DNA of 64,000 bases from Eledone cirrhosa (GCA_964016885.1 OZ024742.1:136772001-136836000); one strand, 5' to 3'; counted from the first letter of the stretch, positions 13,998 through 26,915 are shown. The notes: generated by a model not told the origin, from the sequence alone. Numbers and translations are program-made.

Positions 13998-14250
13998 ATT
14001 AAAATAACAGAATAAAGTTTAAGCAAAGAATCGCAGCTTTCACCCTTAACTGAGTTTCAGAGGATCCCGTTAAGGGTGAAAGCAGCGAAAACTCAGAAGA
14101 TTCCGTTAAGGGTGAAAGCAGCGATTCTTTGCTTAAACTTTAATCTGTTATTTTAATAAATATTTGCTCTACAGTTCTTATATATTTGATATATATTTAT
14201 CCTTATCGAGCCCTCTTGGGATTTTAGTCTTCAAATTTATTATTATTACT
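13998..14250. repeat. Family-B fold-back element with two tandem hammerhead-like motifs
   Basis: 13998-14050 is the reverse complement of ~14105-14156; tandem CAGAGGA/CAGAAGA..CCGTTAAGGGT-GAAAGCAGCGA at 14058 and 14094. Confidence 0.7.
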
Positions 14251-14266
14251 ATATATATATATATAT

Positions 14267-15100
<834 letters not shown>

Positions 15101-15107
15101 TTTTCAA

Positions 15108-15152
<45 letters not shown>

Positions 15153-15292
15153 ATATACATGTTTATATGCTGCATGCGGTCGTGCAAGCGTGTGAATATA
15201 TGTTGCGTACATTCATCATTATACCTTATTATTGTCGCTGACGTTGTTGCTATTGGTTCCCATAGTATTTTTTTTCATTACTTGTTTCTATT

Positions 15293-15323
<31 letters not shown>

Positions 15324-15524
15324 CATGTCTGTGTGTGTGTGTGTATGTGTGTGTGTGTATGTGTGTGTGTGTAATTAATTTCTTTTGTAAATATTTTACA
15401 TACTCTCGATTCATTAGGGAAAGAATCTCTTCCAGACAATTAAAGCTTAATTGCTCATAGATTATCGGTAAGAATGACATAATGCATTGGGTAATTGCTG
15501 GCCTTGTGCCAAAAGTAGAAACAA

Positions 15525-15653
15525 TTATTATTATTATCATCATCATCATCATCATCATCATCATCGTCGTCGTCGTCATCAACAGTCATCGTTATTATCT
15601 TCATCTTCATCAAAATAATCAGTATTATGATCATGGTTAATATGATGATGAAT

Positions 15654-15718
<65 letters not shown>

Positions 15719-15750
15719 GCTCATAATCATCATCATCATCATCATCATCC
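15525..15750. repeat. Compound (ATT)/(CAT)/(ATG) triplet microsatellite with orientation switches
   Basis: Directly visible. Confidence 0.9.
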
Positions 15751-16954
15751 TCTTTTTCGTCATAATGAGCAGTGTCAAAAGCAGCCAGATTCACTTCTTC
15801 ATGGCTAATGAATACGGCTATATAAGTGATGTAATATATTTTAATTAAAGCTCCTTTACATTTAAACAAAGTGCTTAAGGACGGGTGGTACATTGTTTTT
15901 GTTTACATCTGAGGAACAGCGTCTAGTAACCTTCTAAACGAAGTACCTTCCTCCTTCCTTACCCACCAACTCCTACCTATCAATCAACCTATTCTACTTA
16001 TTTGACAACCAGCCAATGAAGGGGCATATGCGTTGTCAATTAGCCCTCTAGAAATTTTAGTTGAATAACCATTAAAGTCCTACAATCTTGAATAAATAAA
16101 GAACACATTAGATTACGTAGATGATATAGACATGCGTGGGGTCTGCATTTTACTTGGTTTTAAACAATGCAGTTTTAAAAATGTGCTCGGAAAATGTAGC
16201 TGCAAAACTGTAAGCATCCTTTTCGACACAAAGCTGAGCCACAAAACGTAAGAGAGAAAACACTAAACTAATCAGCTGAAATTCCTTTCCTGTGTTTCCT
16301 CAACTTCCCGAGAAATTGACGTTACGCTTCCCCCAAAATATCGATGAACGAAAGCACTCTTATATAAGGATGTTAAACATATGCGATGTTTGAACAATGC
16401 CAAAAAGAAATGAATGTGGTTGGGGAACCAATCAACTTTATTAGAATGTATTACCAAATAAATATATATATAAATTTGTGAATTTGAAAGAAGCATCGAC
16501 GTTGCTTTACTCTGAAAATGGTGTTATAAGTTGGGTATAAAAACCCAGTAAACGGAAAATAGATTATTTAATGCCTGAATATAAGGCTTAATATAACGGA
16601 AACACTTTTCGTTGTCGCTTTGGTGTGAATTGTAAGCACAGAATAACGGTATATTGCAGATGAGCGTTCGTGTCCACGGGCTGTGCTGTACAAAATATTT
16701 TCATTGACAAACAACGTTGATGCGTCTTTCAAATTCACAAACTTCCGATCGCTCAACGATTCTAAAAAAATAGATTATATATATAAGGATATACTAAGTA
16801 ATGTAGTCTACAAAGAAGGTGCAGATATGCTGGAACTGTCCGGAGCTAGGCTGACCTGGATCTTAACATCAAGAATTTTCTCTTCGTTTTTCTTTCTTCG
16901 TTAAAATTAGCTTGTGTGGAGATAACTGAATAATGTGAACTGCATGCTTTGTTT

Positions 16955-17338
16955 CTTTCATTCTTTCGCTGGTTTCAGTTATTGAACTGCGGCAATGCTG
17001 TGGCACCACTTTCAAGGGGATTTAATTCATCTTATTGAACTCAGTACTTATTTCACTTTCATACTCTATTTAAACGATTCACGTTTTATCGAGTGGATGA
17101 ATGTCCTTTTTGGCTGGTGGTGTATCAAATGCCTAAACATGAATACACATTAAAATGAACACACACATAAATTCAGACACACACACACGCCGCATGCCAA
17201 AATTTCCTTCTCAAGAATTCTGCTGACAAGTTAACTGATGAAAGACATTTATTTCCAAATGATGCAATGTAGTGGACAAAAACCGGAACTGCATGGGTGT
17301 GAAACGATCTTCTTAAAAATGCAGCCACACCTGCGCCT
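16955..17338 (-). mobile_element. Old tRNA-derived SINE of a second family (resembles an abundant octopus SINE)
   Basis: Minus-strand head AGGCGCAGGTGTGGCTG..CCATGCAGTTCCGG; tail ..GTGGTGCCACAGCATTGCCGCAGTTCAATAACTGAAACC; family assignment from recall. Confidence 0.55.
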
Positions 17339-17679
17339 TGTAGAAGAGACACTTAACAGATTCAGTTATAACAAATTGTTAGCTAGTATTGTAGTTGTTG
17401 TTTAGCACCGCGTGAGCCCGCTATGAACATGTCTGCAACCAAATGTGTTCCAATCAATCACAATGTATATCGATGGAGGGAATACGGTTTTACCAACTCC
17501 AGTCAATATTTTATTATTAACCGAAGACGTATAAAACTAAATCCATCTTCAACGAAATATGAACTCATTATTTACACTTAACAAACTGTAATACATGTAT
17601 CTTTGATGACAATAACTGCATTACATGAAAACAAATTAAGTTTTTACTGTGGTACAGAAAATGTTGACAAAGTTATCGT

Positions 17680-17850
17680 CGCTAATAATGGTTTCTTATA
17701 TAGGCACAAGGCCAGCAATTTTGGCGGGAGGGGAAAGTCGATTAAATCGACCCCAGTGCGTGGCTAGTACTTTATTTTATCGACCCCGTAAGGCAAAGTT
17801 AACCTCGGCGGGATTTGAACTCAGATCATAAAGGGCCGTAACTCTACGAA
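17680..17850 (-). mobile_element. Meta-like SINE copy
   Basis: Reverse complement of the SINE core and tail. Confidence 0.8.
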
Positions 17851-19193
17851 AAGTATGGCGTCCGAGATCAGGTCACTAATAATGATACTAAAAACATTTG
17901 AATTAAAAACTCTATTCTAAAATGGTTTCTGCTAAATCATTACAAGAAGTAAAAAGTTAAAATGTCATAACTGGAAAACATTCTGACCCAAGCTCTAAAG
18001 ATTTCGCCATTTCTCAGCCAATAATATTAGGATTCGACGTGATGTGAGATATCAATGACCGTAAGACATAGTATTTATTGTGAGTTTTGAGTGCTTTAAT
18101 AATCTTGTTTATATATAGGAAGTATTCCCATAATAGGTTGTATATCGATTCCGAATTTATATGGTTCAATGATACTACTCTGTTGTCCTTGTTGGATGAT
18201 CTTTACAGTAAATGTATGGAGATAGGTGCTTACAGATTGTCACTGACACATATGTGTGTATGGTTAAGAAGTGTTTGAGTGTGTACCGGAAAGTAGACCA
18301 TTAGGTCAGAAAAATATCTTAGTCGCTCGATAAAATATCAATCGATTGAATAAAGTACGAGAATGATATAAGTACTAAGGTCGATATGATTGATTATACC
18401 CTCAAGGAGTATATGGGCTATCCTGACTGAACTATATTTCATGTTCATACTAGAATTTCAACGTACACAGGAATTTCCGGAAATAGCCTTAGGCTTTATT
18501 AATGTCAAGTGCAACAATTTTACTTTCGTTGAAATTCTGAAGAGCTAAGAATCATAGCTGTGTTAAATAAAAGAGAAAACATTCTGTATATCTAAATGTA
18601 CTTAACGTTATTGAGGAAAAAGAAAGACTTAAAATGACAATGAAGAGTGTTAATTGTGTCAGTTTAGATATGTTGGGGCTATTAAAAGGGTAGTTGTCAA
18701 GGAAAAGTGATCGTTCTCATTGGAAACGGGATAAGCCTCCAGGTGTTTTTATTGATTTATGTAAGTCACCAGAGAGCGTAAACTTGAAACGTTTCGCGTG
18801 AAGCGTAGCTCCCAATTCTGGAAAGCGTTATAGTAATAGAGCGCTTCCTTGCCCGATCTGCTGTCAGTTAATTCTGCTTCCTCGTAGTTATATATTGTAT
18901 TGCTTACTTTTCCTTCTAATGTTATTTCTTATAAGTCATACTCCTATTCAAATGATACCACTCATCACCCAACCTAAATACTTTGATCCACATTTGCACT
19001 GCATCCCTAAACCTTACGCTCTAATTAGAATGTGACAATCCAGATTCTTGCAAAGCCTTCAGAAGAAAATAGGTATGAATATCAAGGTAATTCATTCCAT
19101 CTCACAGACACTAGCTCATTTCTAAAACATCTAAAATTGGTACAAATGCTGTCTTATTGTCTGAAGATTCCATATAGAAACTCCCCTCCATAG

Positions 19194-19258
<65 letters not shown>

Positions 19259-19293
19259 AGGGTGTTAAAGTTTGCTTGAAGCATTGTGAAATG

Positions 19294-22200
19294 TGTAAAA
19301 TATGTAGTTTAGAAAGCCACAACAATGCAGATGGGAAATCTCGAGGTAAGAAGTGAGTGAGAAATAGGAGAAAAGTGAAAATGAAAATGAAAACAAAACA
19401 AAGGTAGAAGGGTTACCGTAGAGGAGATTTAATCGCAATATTTCGGGCTCACGCCCATCAACGGGGGAAAAGTTCCAAAAGGGAGGGGGGGGGGGGGGGA
19501 ACAGGCTAAGCCGGAGAAAGTTGTATTGTCGTTAAAACTTAGGAATGCCGTTATGGGGAAAATTCAAACGAGGGAAAGAATGCGCGTGCGCGTGATAGGC
19601 TGTGGCAAAAGCTACTGACCAATCGGGTTAAATCAATAGGGTGCGCTAGCGTGTGAAAGCCGTAAAATATGTGTGTGTAAATATATATGTGTGTGTAACT
19701 GTGTGTGTATATGTGTATGTGTGTATGTATGTGAGTGTGTGTGTGTGTGAAAGATAGTGGGCCGTAGAAGCTGGAAAACAAAGAGTGTGAAAGGTGGTAG
19801 GTTGTATAAACATGTGTGCGTGTATAAATATAGATGTGTGTGTGTATGGGTATACATATAAGTGCGTGTGTGTGAAGGATAGTAGGCCGTAGGGGCTGTT
19901 ACTAGTCACTATGGTTAAATTAGCCATGTCAGCTCATTTCTCTCAGCCCGGTTGTTAAGTGGGGGTCTGAGGTTCTTAATAACAAGTGCTTCCTTTATCC
20001 TTAAGGATCCGATGCTGCGTTCAGTCGCTAGGACTGTGACCAAGGGTCTGCCCTGTGGGTTTCCGCATTTAAGGATGTGTTTACGGAAGGAAGATGCGTT
20101 GGTGTTGACATGTTCCTTGATACGAACATGTAGGGGTCGGATGGTGCTACCTATGTAAAACTTGTTACATTTATCGCATTGAATCTTATATACGACATAG
20201 GTGCGTAGGCAATCTGCCCCCCGTATCGGGCAGTTGCTGAGGGAACACGTCCCATCTGACTCGTCGGGTTTGTTGGAGAGGCATCTTCGGAGCGAAGGTC
20301 CTGTGTGGGCCAAATGTATGTCAAGTCCCTCCCTCCGTATGGCCCTGCGGATGGCGTTCGTGGTATATTCACTCAGGTGGGGGATTTTAAAGAAGCACCT
20401 GCTTTTATCTAAGTTTCTAGTGGGTGTCTGTCTATTGGGTCTGGGATCTCTAATTCCGTTAATCAGTCGCTTGGGATATCCATTAGACTTGAGCAGATTA
20501 CGGAATTGCGTGGTATGGGTGAGACCACCCATCGGGTCGCTGCATATATTAGTGATCCGTGTAAGTTCATTTAGGACATAGCTTCTCTTAGCGTTGTTGG
20601 GGAGGGCTGAGTTGTAATGCACAAATAAGTCCTTGCACGCTGCCTTGCGGTAGAAGGTGGTGTTTATGTCTCCTTCTTCCGAGATGTTGATACCGAAGTG
20701 GAGGAGGGCGAGTGACCCGTCTTCTCCAGGGTGTTCGATGGTGAAATCGACGTGATGGTCAGTGTCGTTGAAGATTTGGTGAATTTCATTCGCCATCTCC
20801 CGGGAAGAAGTGAGTATCAGTATGTCATCGACGTATCTGGAGTAGAAGGCGACGGCGTTGGGTTGGCAGGTGTTGAGTGCCTTGCGTTCCAGGTGGTCCA
20901 TGTACGAGATCGCAAGTATGCCGGACAGACTAGAGCCCATAGGTAGCCCAGAGATCTGTTTGTACGTGTGGCCGAGGAAATTGAAGAATGCATTATCCAC
21001 AACGAAGGAGAGGAGTTGGTGGATGTCCGTGTGTGTGAGTCCGAAGCAGTGTAAGTTAGATGCTCGGACTCGTTCGGTCAACAGGTCGACGGCTGGGGAT
21101 GCTGGCACGGAAGTATAAAGGGCGACCACATCAAGACTGAAGGCATATCCGTTGTCCTTTCTGGTGTTGGGCGCCAGATGGTGTAGTCGCTCCAAGACCT
21201 CCTTTGAGCTGCAGACGTGGGCTGGTAGTGTGTGTAGAATGGGTTTCAGTAGTGTGGAGAGCAGCCACGATATTTTGTAAAGTGGGCCCTCCACGCTAGA
21301 GACAATGGGCCTGATTTTCAAATCGGGTCCTTGTTTATGGGTTTTCACCAGGTGGTAGAAGGTGGGTAGTTTGCTGTTTCGAGTCATTATGTTGTTTTTT
21401 ACCTTCTTTGGCAGTTTTCGTTGGACACAGATGTTAGTCCATATGGTGTTAATGCCTTCCTCGATTAGTGTCGAGGAGGTCCCTGTGACTTTCAAGTAGA
21501 GGCTGTCGTCATTAAGATGTTGGAGAGCTAAGTTGTTGTAGGTCTCTCTCGAGATGACACAGAATTCTTTCCCCTTGTCAGAGGGAAGGTAAACAAGGTT
21601 CCTGGATCTTAGGTTGGTGAGAGTATTAAATTGTGCATTGGTGAGGTTGCGTTTATTGTGTGTGTGTGTTGGGAAAGGATGTTAGAGATAGAATGTTTCA
21701 ACCTGAGTAGTTTAGTGTCAAGTTCGTGGTTGGTGGGTGAGGGGTGGAGTGGGTTGTCGAGGTGGTACGTGGGGAGTGGGGGTGGGTTGTGGGGTTGTAA
21801 TCGATCTCGGTGTTGTTTTGGATGGCGGTTAGCCATTTCAATTGATATGCTGTCCGACAGAAGTTGGTTTCGATGTCGAGTTTCAGTCTATCATCGAGAC
21901 GCTGTGTAATGATGAACTTGGGTCCGAGGCGCAGGAGTTCGAGTTCGTCGTTGGTGAGGGTACCGGTTAGGTCGGTAACGAGGTGTGAAGCATCGTTGGT
22001 AGGTAGATCGCTGTTGGGGGGTGTAGCGGAGGGTGTTGTATCGCTGTTGCCCCTGGTGTGGTTGTAGTCGGTCCGTCTGTGGGAGCGGATGTTGTCAATG
22101 TAGTATTTGTTTACAGTCCATTCGTATTTCCTATAAGGCGCTGTTTATCGTATTTGACTCTGGTGTGGTAACACTGATCGATAGCTTCGCGTATTTTCTG

Positions 22201-22719
22201 GACCATGTTTATACACGCACACATGTTTATACAACCTACCACCTTTCACACTCTTTGTTTTCCAGCTTCTACGGCCCACTATCTTTCACACACACACACT
22301 CACATACATACACACATACACATATACACACACAGTTACACACACATATATATTTACACACACATATTTTACGGCTTTCACATGCTAGCGCACCCTATTG
22401 ATTTAACCCAATTGGTCAGTAGCTTTTGCCACAGCCTATCACGCGCACGCGCATTCTTTCCCTCGTTTGAATTTTCCCCATAACGGCATTCCTAAGTTTT
22501 AACGACAATACAACTTTCTCCGGCTTAGCCCGTTCCCCCCCTTTTGGAACTTTTCCCCCGTTGATGGGCGTGAGCCCGAAATATTGGGATTAAATCTCCT
22601 CTACGGTAACCCTTCTACCTTTGTTTTTATTTTCATTTTCATTTTCACTTTTCTCCTATTTCTCACTCACTTCTTACCTCGAGATTTCCCATCTGCATTG
22701 TTGCGGCTTTCTAAACTAC

Positions 22720-22727
<8 letters not shown>
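19294..22727 (-). mobile_element. Penelope-like element (PLE), 5'-truncated, with a 3' pseudo-LTR and an inverted 5' pseudo-LTR, lying between (TA)n tracts
   Basis: RT + GIY-YIG ORF; 19294-19828 and 22207-22727 are near-identical inverted repeats. Confidence 0.95.
19915..21655 (-). CDS. PLE reverse transcriptase + GIY-YIG endonuclease (listed ORF 19915-21495; frame open upstream to ~21655; frameshifted N-terminal part continues to ~22200)
   Basis: Motifs YLPSDKG, KTHK..LKIRPIVS, FSLDVVALYTSV, GLPMGSSLSG, YSRYVDD, FYRK, VVYKIQCDKCNKFYIGST..RIKEH, IKEA..I..P.LN; upstream LTNDELELLRLGPKF. Confidence 0.92.
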
Positions 22728-22812
<85 letters not shown>

Positions 22813-23147
22813 CTTGGCACTGCCTTGCACTGGGTTGACTGAGCTTATTCCTAATATTTAATAGTATTATTAGCCCTTCGAAACCTGAATGCAAATTTTA
22901 CAATTACGTTTTCGTATAGTAGCAGCATGTATGTATGTATGTATGTATGTATGTATGTATGTATGTATGTATGTATGTATGTATGTATGTATGTATGTAT
23001 GTATGTATGTATGTGTGTGTGTGTGTGTGTGTGTATTTATATATATATCTATATATATATGTGTGTGTGTGTCTGATGGTAGCTATGATACTTTCATAGG
23101 CGGTATGCCGGTTGAGCACTCTATGTTCTTACAGAGCAGAGTGTGAT

Positions 23148-23611
23148 ATAATATAAAACGAAAAATCAGTGATGCATCTGAACTCAATTTATTGTGTGTT
23201 ACAATTGTTTCACCGGCAGACAGCTAGAGACACGATCATTGTGTGGATCTGTCTGATTCTAGACCTGCAGGTTCGTCGGACACTTGCAATAATTTCGGAT
23301 CAAATTTTCTCACTGGGGTGTTAGCGTCAAAAAACATCTTCCTCTCTCGTGGCCAGTGTGACAGCAACTATTGGCCAGAATTTATGATGACGTAGAAAAA
23401 CAACAGCCAACAGCAGGACAAGCGAGGAAGATGTTTTTTGAGGCTAACATCCCAGTGAGAAAATTTGATCCGAAATGATTGCATGTGTCCGACAACCTGC
23501 AGGTTCAGTATCAGACAGATCCACACAATGATCGTGTGTCAAGCTGTCTGCCGGTGAAACAATTGTAACACATAATAAATTCAGTTCAGATGCATCACTG
23601 ATTTTTCGTTT

Positions 23612-23619
<8 letters not shown>
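23148..23619. mobile_element. Family-D fold-back element: ~200-bp inverted arms (23148-23345 / 23424-23619) with hammerhead-like motif
   Basis: Arms are imperfect reverse complements; third copy at 59170-59645; abuts (TA)n. Confidence 0.8.
23196..23283 (-). ncRNA. Hammerhead-like motif, CCGACGA core variant with long stem II
   Basis: Minus strand: GTGT-CCGACGA-ACC..CAGACAG..CTGTCTG..GGT-GAAAC-AATTG-TA-ACAC. Confidence 0.55.
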
Positions 23620-23683
<64 letters not shown>

Positions 23684-23689
<6 letters not shown>

Positions 23690-24609
23690 GTATACGTACA
23701 TACATATATGTATACAGACGTACAGTAGTATGCATATATATATATATATACATACATGCACACATATATATATGTACGTATGGATTCACCGAACATTTAT
23801 TATAATGCTCGGTGTGTTTGTAAACAAACATCCCGAATTAAGCCGTACAGTGTTTAGCAACCATCGTTGCTCATTTGTTCAACACTGACAAAGGAACGCT
23901 GTACTAGTTTCAAGCTTATTAGCTATCGTCAGCAACGTATACCTTCCTGCCAGATGGTTGAACGTCTGAAAGTATATACTTTCCTTATGCATATTAACGG
24001 CTAAGCAGCCTAATTTGCATATGAAACTAGTACAGCGTTCCTTCGTCAGTGTTGAACAAATGAGCAACGATGGTTGCTAGACACTGTACTTCTTAATTCG
24101 GGATGTTTGTTTACAAACACACCGAGCATTATAATAAATGTTCGGTGAATCCATACGTACATATATATATATGTGTGCATGTATGTATATATATATACAT
24201 ACTACTGTACGTCTGTATACATATATGTATGTACGTATACATGCTTATATTTAAGTAATAGCCGTACTAAGAGTGAGAAATGAAATTTCGTTTCATTTTT
24301 TCCGTTTATCGTTTTCGGTACCCCGGCCGATTAACTCACTCGATATGCAAATTAGGCCTCTCAGCCGTTAATATGCATAAGGAAAGTATATACTTTCAGA
24401 CGTTCAACCATCTGGCAGGAAGATATACGTTGCTGACGATAGCTAATAAGCTTGAAACTAGTACAGCGTTCCTTTGTCAGTGTTGAACAAATGAGCAACG
24501 ATAGTTGCTAGACACTGTACGGGTAATTCTGGATGTTTGTTTACAAACACACCGAGCATTATAATAAATGTTCGGTGAATCCATACGTACATATATATAT
24601 GTGTGTGTG

Positions 24610-24653
<44 letters not shown>

Positions 24654-24760
24654 CTACTGTACGTCTGTATACCTATATGTATGTACGTATACATACTTAT
24701 ATTTAAGTAACAGCCGTACTAAGAGTGAGAAATGAAATTTCGTTTCATTGTTTCCGTTTA
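23684..24760 (+). mobile_element. Family-C retrozyme-like element: inverted segment 23684-24022 followed by ~1.7 tandem units of ~431 bp
   Basis: GAAACTAGTACAGCGTTCC at 24023 and 24454 (period 431); complete hammerheads at 24427-24469 (+) and 23896-23938 (-). Confidence 0.85.
24427..24469 (+). ncRNA. Canonical minimal type I hammerhead ribozyme (family C)
   Basis: ACGTTG-CTGACGA-TAGCTAATAAGCTT-GAAAC-TAGTA-CAGCGT. Confidence 0.82.
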
Positions 24761-24829
24761 TATATATCTACATCCAGGGAGTGTAACGTGCAGTTACTGT
24801 AGGTTCATCCAGATTCTGTCATTACCACA

Positions 24830-24920
24830 CCAGAGTTCGACGAGCTTTTGATTCCAGAGTCGGGCCAGATCGATACAGATCGAAACTTGAGCTGATCAAT
24901 AGCGAAACACGCGTCACCAA
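24830..24920 (+). ncRNA. Degenerate hammerhead motif of another family
   Basis: TCGACGA-GCTTTTGAT..ATCAATAGC-GAAAC-ACGC-GTC; core altered, stem I poor. Confidence 0.4.
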
Positions 24921-24973
24921 TCAATAGACGTAATGAACATAAAACAAATCATCCTTATATTATTATATATATA

Positions 24974-25160
24974 GGCGGTGGATTGGCAGTATCGGTAGAG
25001 GGTCGGACGCCATGCTTTCCAGCATAGTTACGTCCCTTTACGATCTGAGTTTAAATCCCGCCGAGGTTGACTTTGCCTTTCATCCTTACGGGGTCGATAA
25101 AATAAAGTACCAGTAATGCACTGGGTAATTGCTGGCCTTGTGCCTAAAGTAGAAACAATT
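24974..25160 (+). mobile_element. Full-length tRNA-derived SINE (Meta-domain-like); about 20 copies or fragments in the window (e.g. 9270, 51495, 51785, 57150, 59417, 60452, 60715, 62812)
   Basis: A-box-like TGGCAGTATCGG; B-box-like GAGTT(C/T)AAATCC; core GACTTTGCCTTTCATCCTTACGGGGTCGATAAAATAAAGTACCAG; tail GGCCTTGTGCC.AAAGTAGAAACAATT. Confidence 0.9.
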
Positions 25161-25416
25161 ATATATATATATACTGTATATATACACTTATAAACTGACG
25201 GCTAACAAATTATAGCAGATCGAGCAACCAACCAAAAGCTTCCTCGTTAGCGCGCTGCATTTATTATATTGTCATTCCAACTATTATTCCACTGGATTTC
25301 TGGTGATTGTGGTGGGTAAATATTATATTTAGCTATAACTTACGTCAACGGAGAAGCCTTTATGTGATTGCTTGAACTGCTATATATAGCAGCTAAATCA
25401 ACGCCGAAATAAAAAT

Positions 25417-25568
25417 TCTTCTTCTTCTTCTTCTTCTTCTTCTTCTTCTTCTTCTTCTTCTTCTTCTTCTTCTTCTTCTTCTTCTTCTTCTTCTTCTTCT
25501 TCTTCTTCTTCTTCTTCTTCTTCTTCTTCTTCTTCTTCTTCTTCTTCTTCTTCTTCTTCTTCTTCTTC
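25417..25568. repeat. (CTT)n microsatellite, ~50 units
   Basis: Directly visible. Confidence 0.95.
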
Positions 25569-26416
25569 GCTCTGAAGGTTTTACAGAACTCCTTTTTCAT
25601 CTTGGATTAACGTATGAAAAATACAGTTTTGCTTACCAGCAAGAGACTCCAGATCAATTAGTCATATATCCCGTTATATGTAGAGCAGAGGAAAGGTCTG
25701 TTTTGAGACGTTTAAAAATCTGTTAGGTATTTTTGACCTTTGCAATCGTTAAACGTTGCGATCTGGGAGGGTCGTGAAGAGTCTTCAAGCACACCTCAAC
25801 ATCAAGCTGATCGTGTCACAAGTCACTGATTCCAATTGATCCAGCTTGAATCCAAAGTCAGTCCAGCCAAGGCCATGTTTGTTATCATGTGGTCAGAATG
25901 TCTAAGGAAAGAATCCCTGGATAGATTTTACATGCAAAACCATCCGGCGCGAGACACAGGGGTAGAACCCAAGCAAAATATAAGAATTTTAAAAAAGCAG
26001 CCGGTATATTGTGTGCTTTTATCCTAGATACATAATCTAAAAGTAAAATAAGGATAGGATGTTCACATTCGAAATGCCGTTTATTATGAACCCTCTACGT
26101 TGACATGGGTCTAAACAACAGCAGCTCATTATTTGGGGTAATATGTCACTCCAGATATGTGTAAACTGCATACAATATTAGCGTATGATATTACGTTTCA
26201 ACAGAGCCGAGGTTTCTCATGAAGAAAAAACCTAATATAGCCGAAATATATTATGTTACCAAATTGTAGTCAAAATGTAAATTTTCTGGTTATAAACATG
26301 CATTATTGCTTCCTTTTCAACTCTCCCTTCGGGAGTTCTTGTCTTCATGCTGTAAAAATAATCTCAGTTAATTGAAATGCTTTTCACCTCAATGCATTTC
26401 ATATGTGAAATTGTAG

Positions 26417-26540
<124 letters not shown>

Positions 26541-26563
26541 CTCCCTCTCTCCCTGTCTCTCTC

Positions 26564-26637
<74 letters not shown>

Positions 26638-26638
26638 T

Positions 26639-26905
26639 GGAGGCACGTGGCCTAGTGGTAAGGGCATTGGACTTACGTGGTGGGTTCTATTCCTGGGTTG
26701 CGTGTTGTGTTCTTGAGCTTCATTTCACGTTGCTCCAGTATACTCATCTGAAAATGAGTACTAGCAATCGCTGGGGGTTTTACCCTGAGATAGACTGGCG
26801 TCCTGTCCAGGGGGGGGGGGGGCTTGTTCACTCAGTCGCTTCACGCCATGAAACCTGGATAAGCACCGGCCAAATGAGCCTTATGACTGAAGACAGACAT
26901 TATAC
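26639..26905 (+). mobile_element. V-SINE-like tRNA-derived SINE
   Basis: A box TGGCCTAGTGG, B box GGTTCTATTCC, central CCCTGAGATAGACTGGCGTCCTGTCCAGGG resembling the V domain (from recall). Confidence 0.65.
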
Positions 26906-26915
26906 TTTAGATATA

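Noticed and set aside
26639-26700. tRNA gene
   Set aside because: A and B boxes are present but there is no cloverleaf, and the sequence continues into a SINE body
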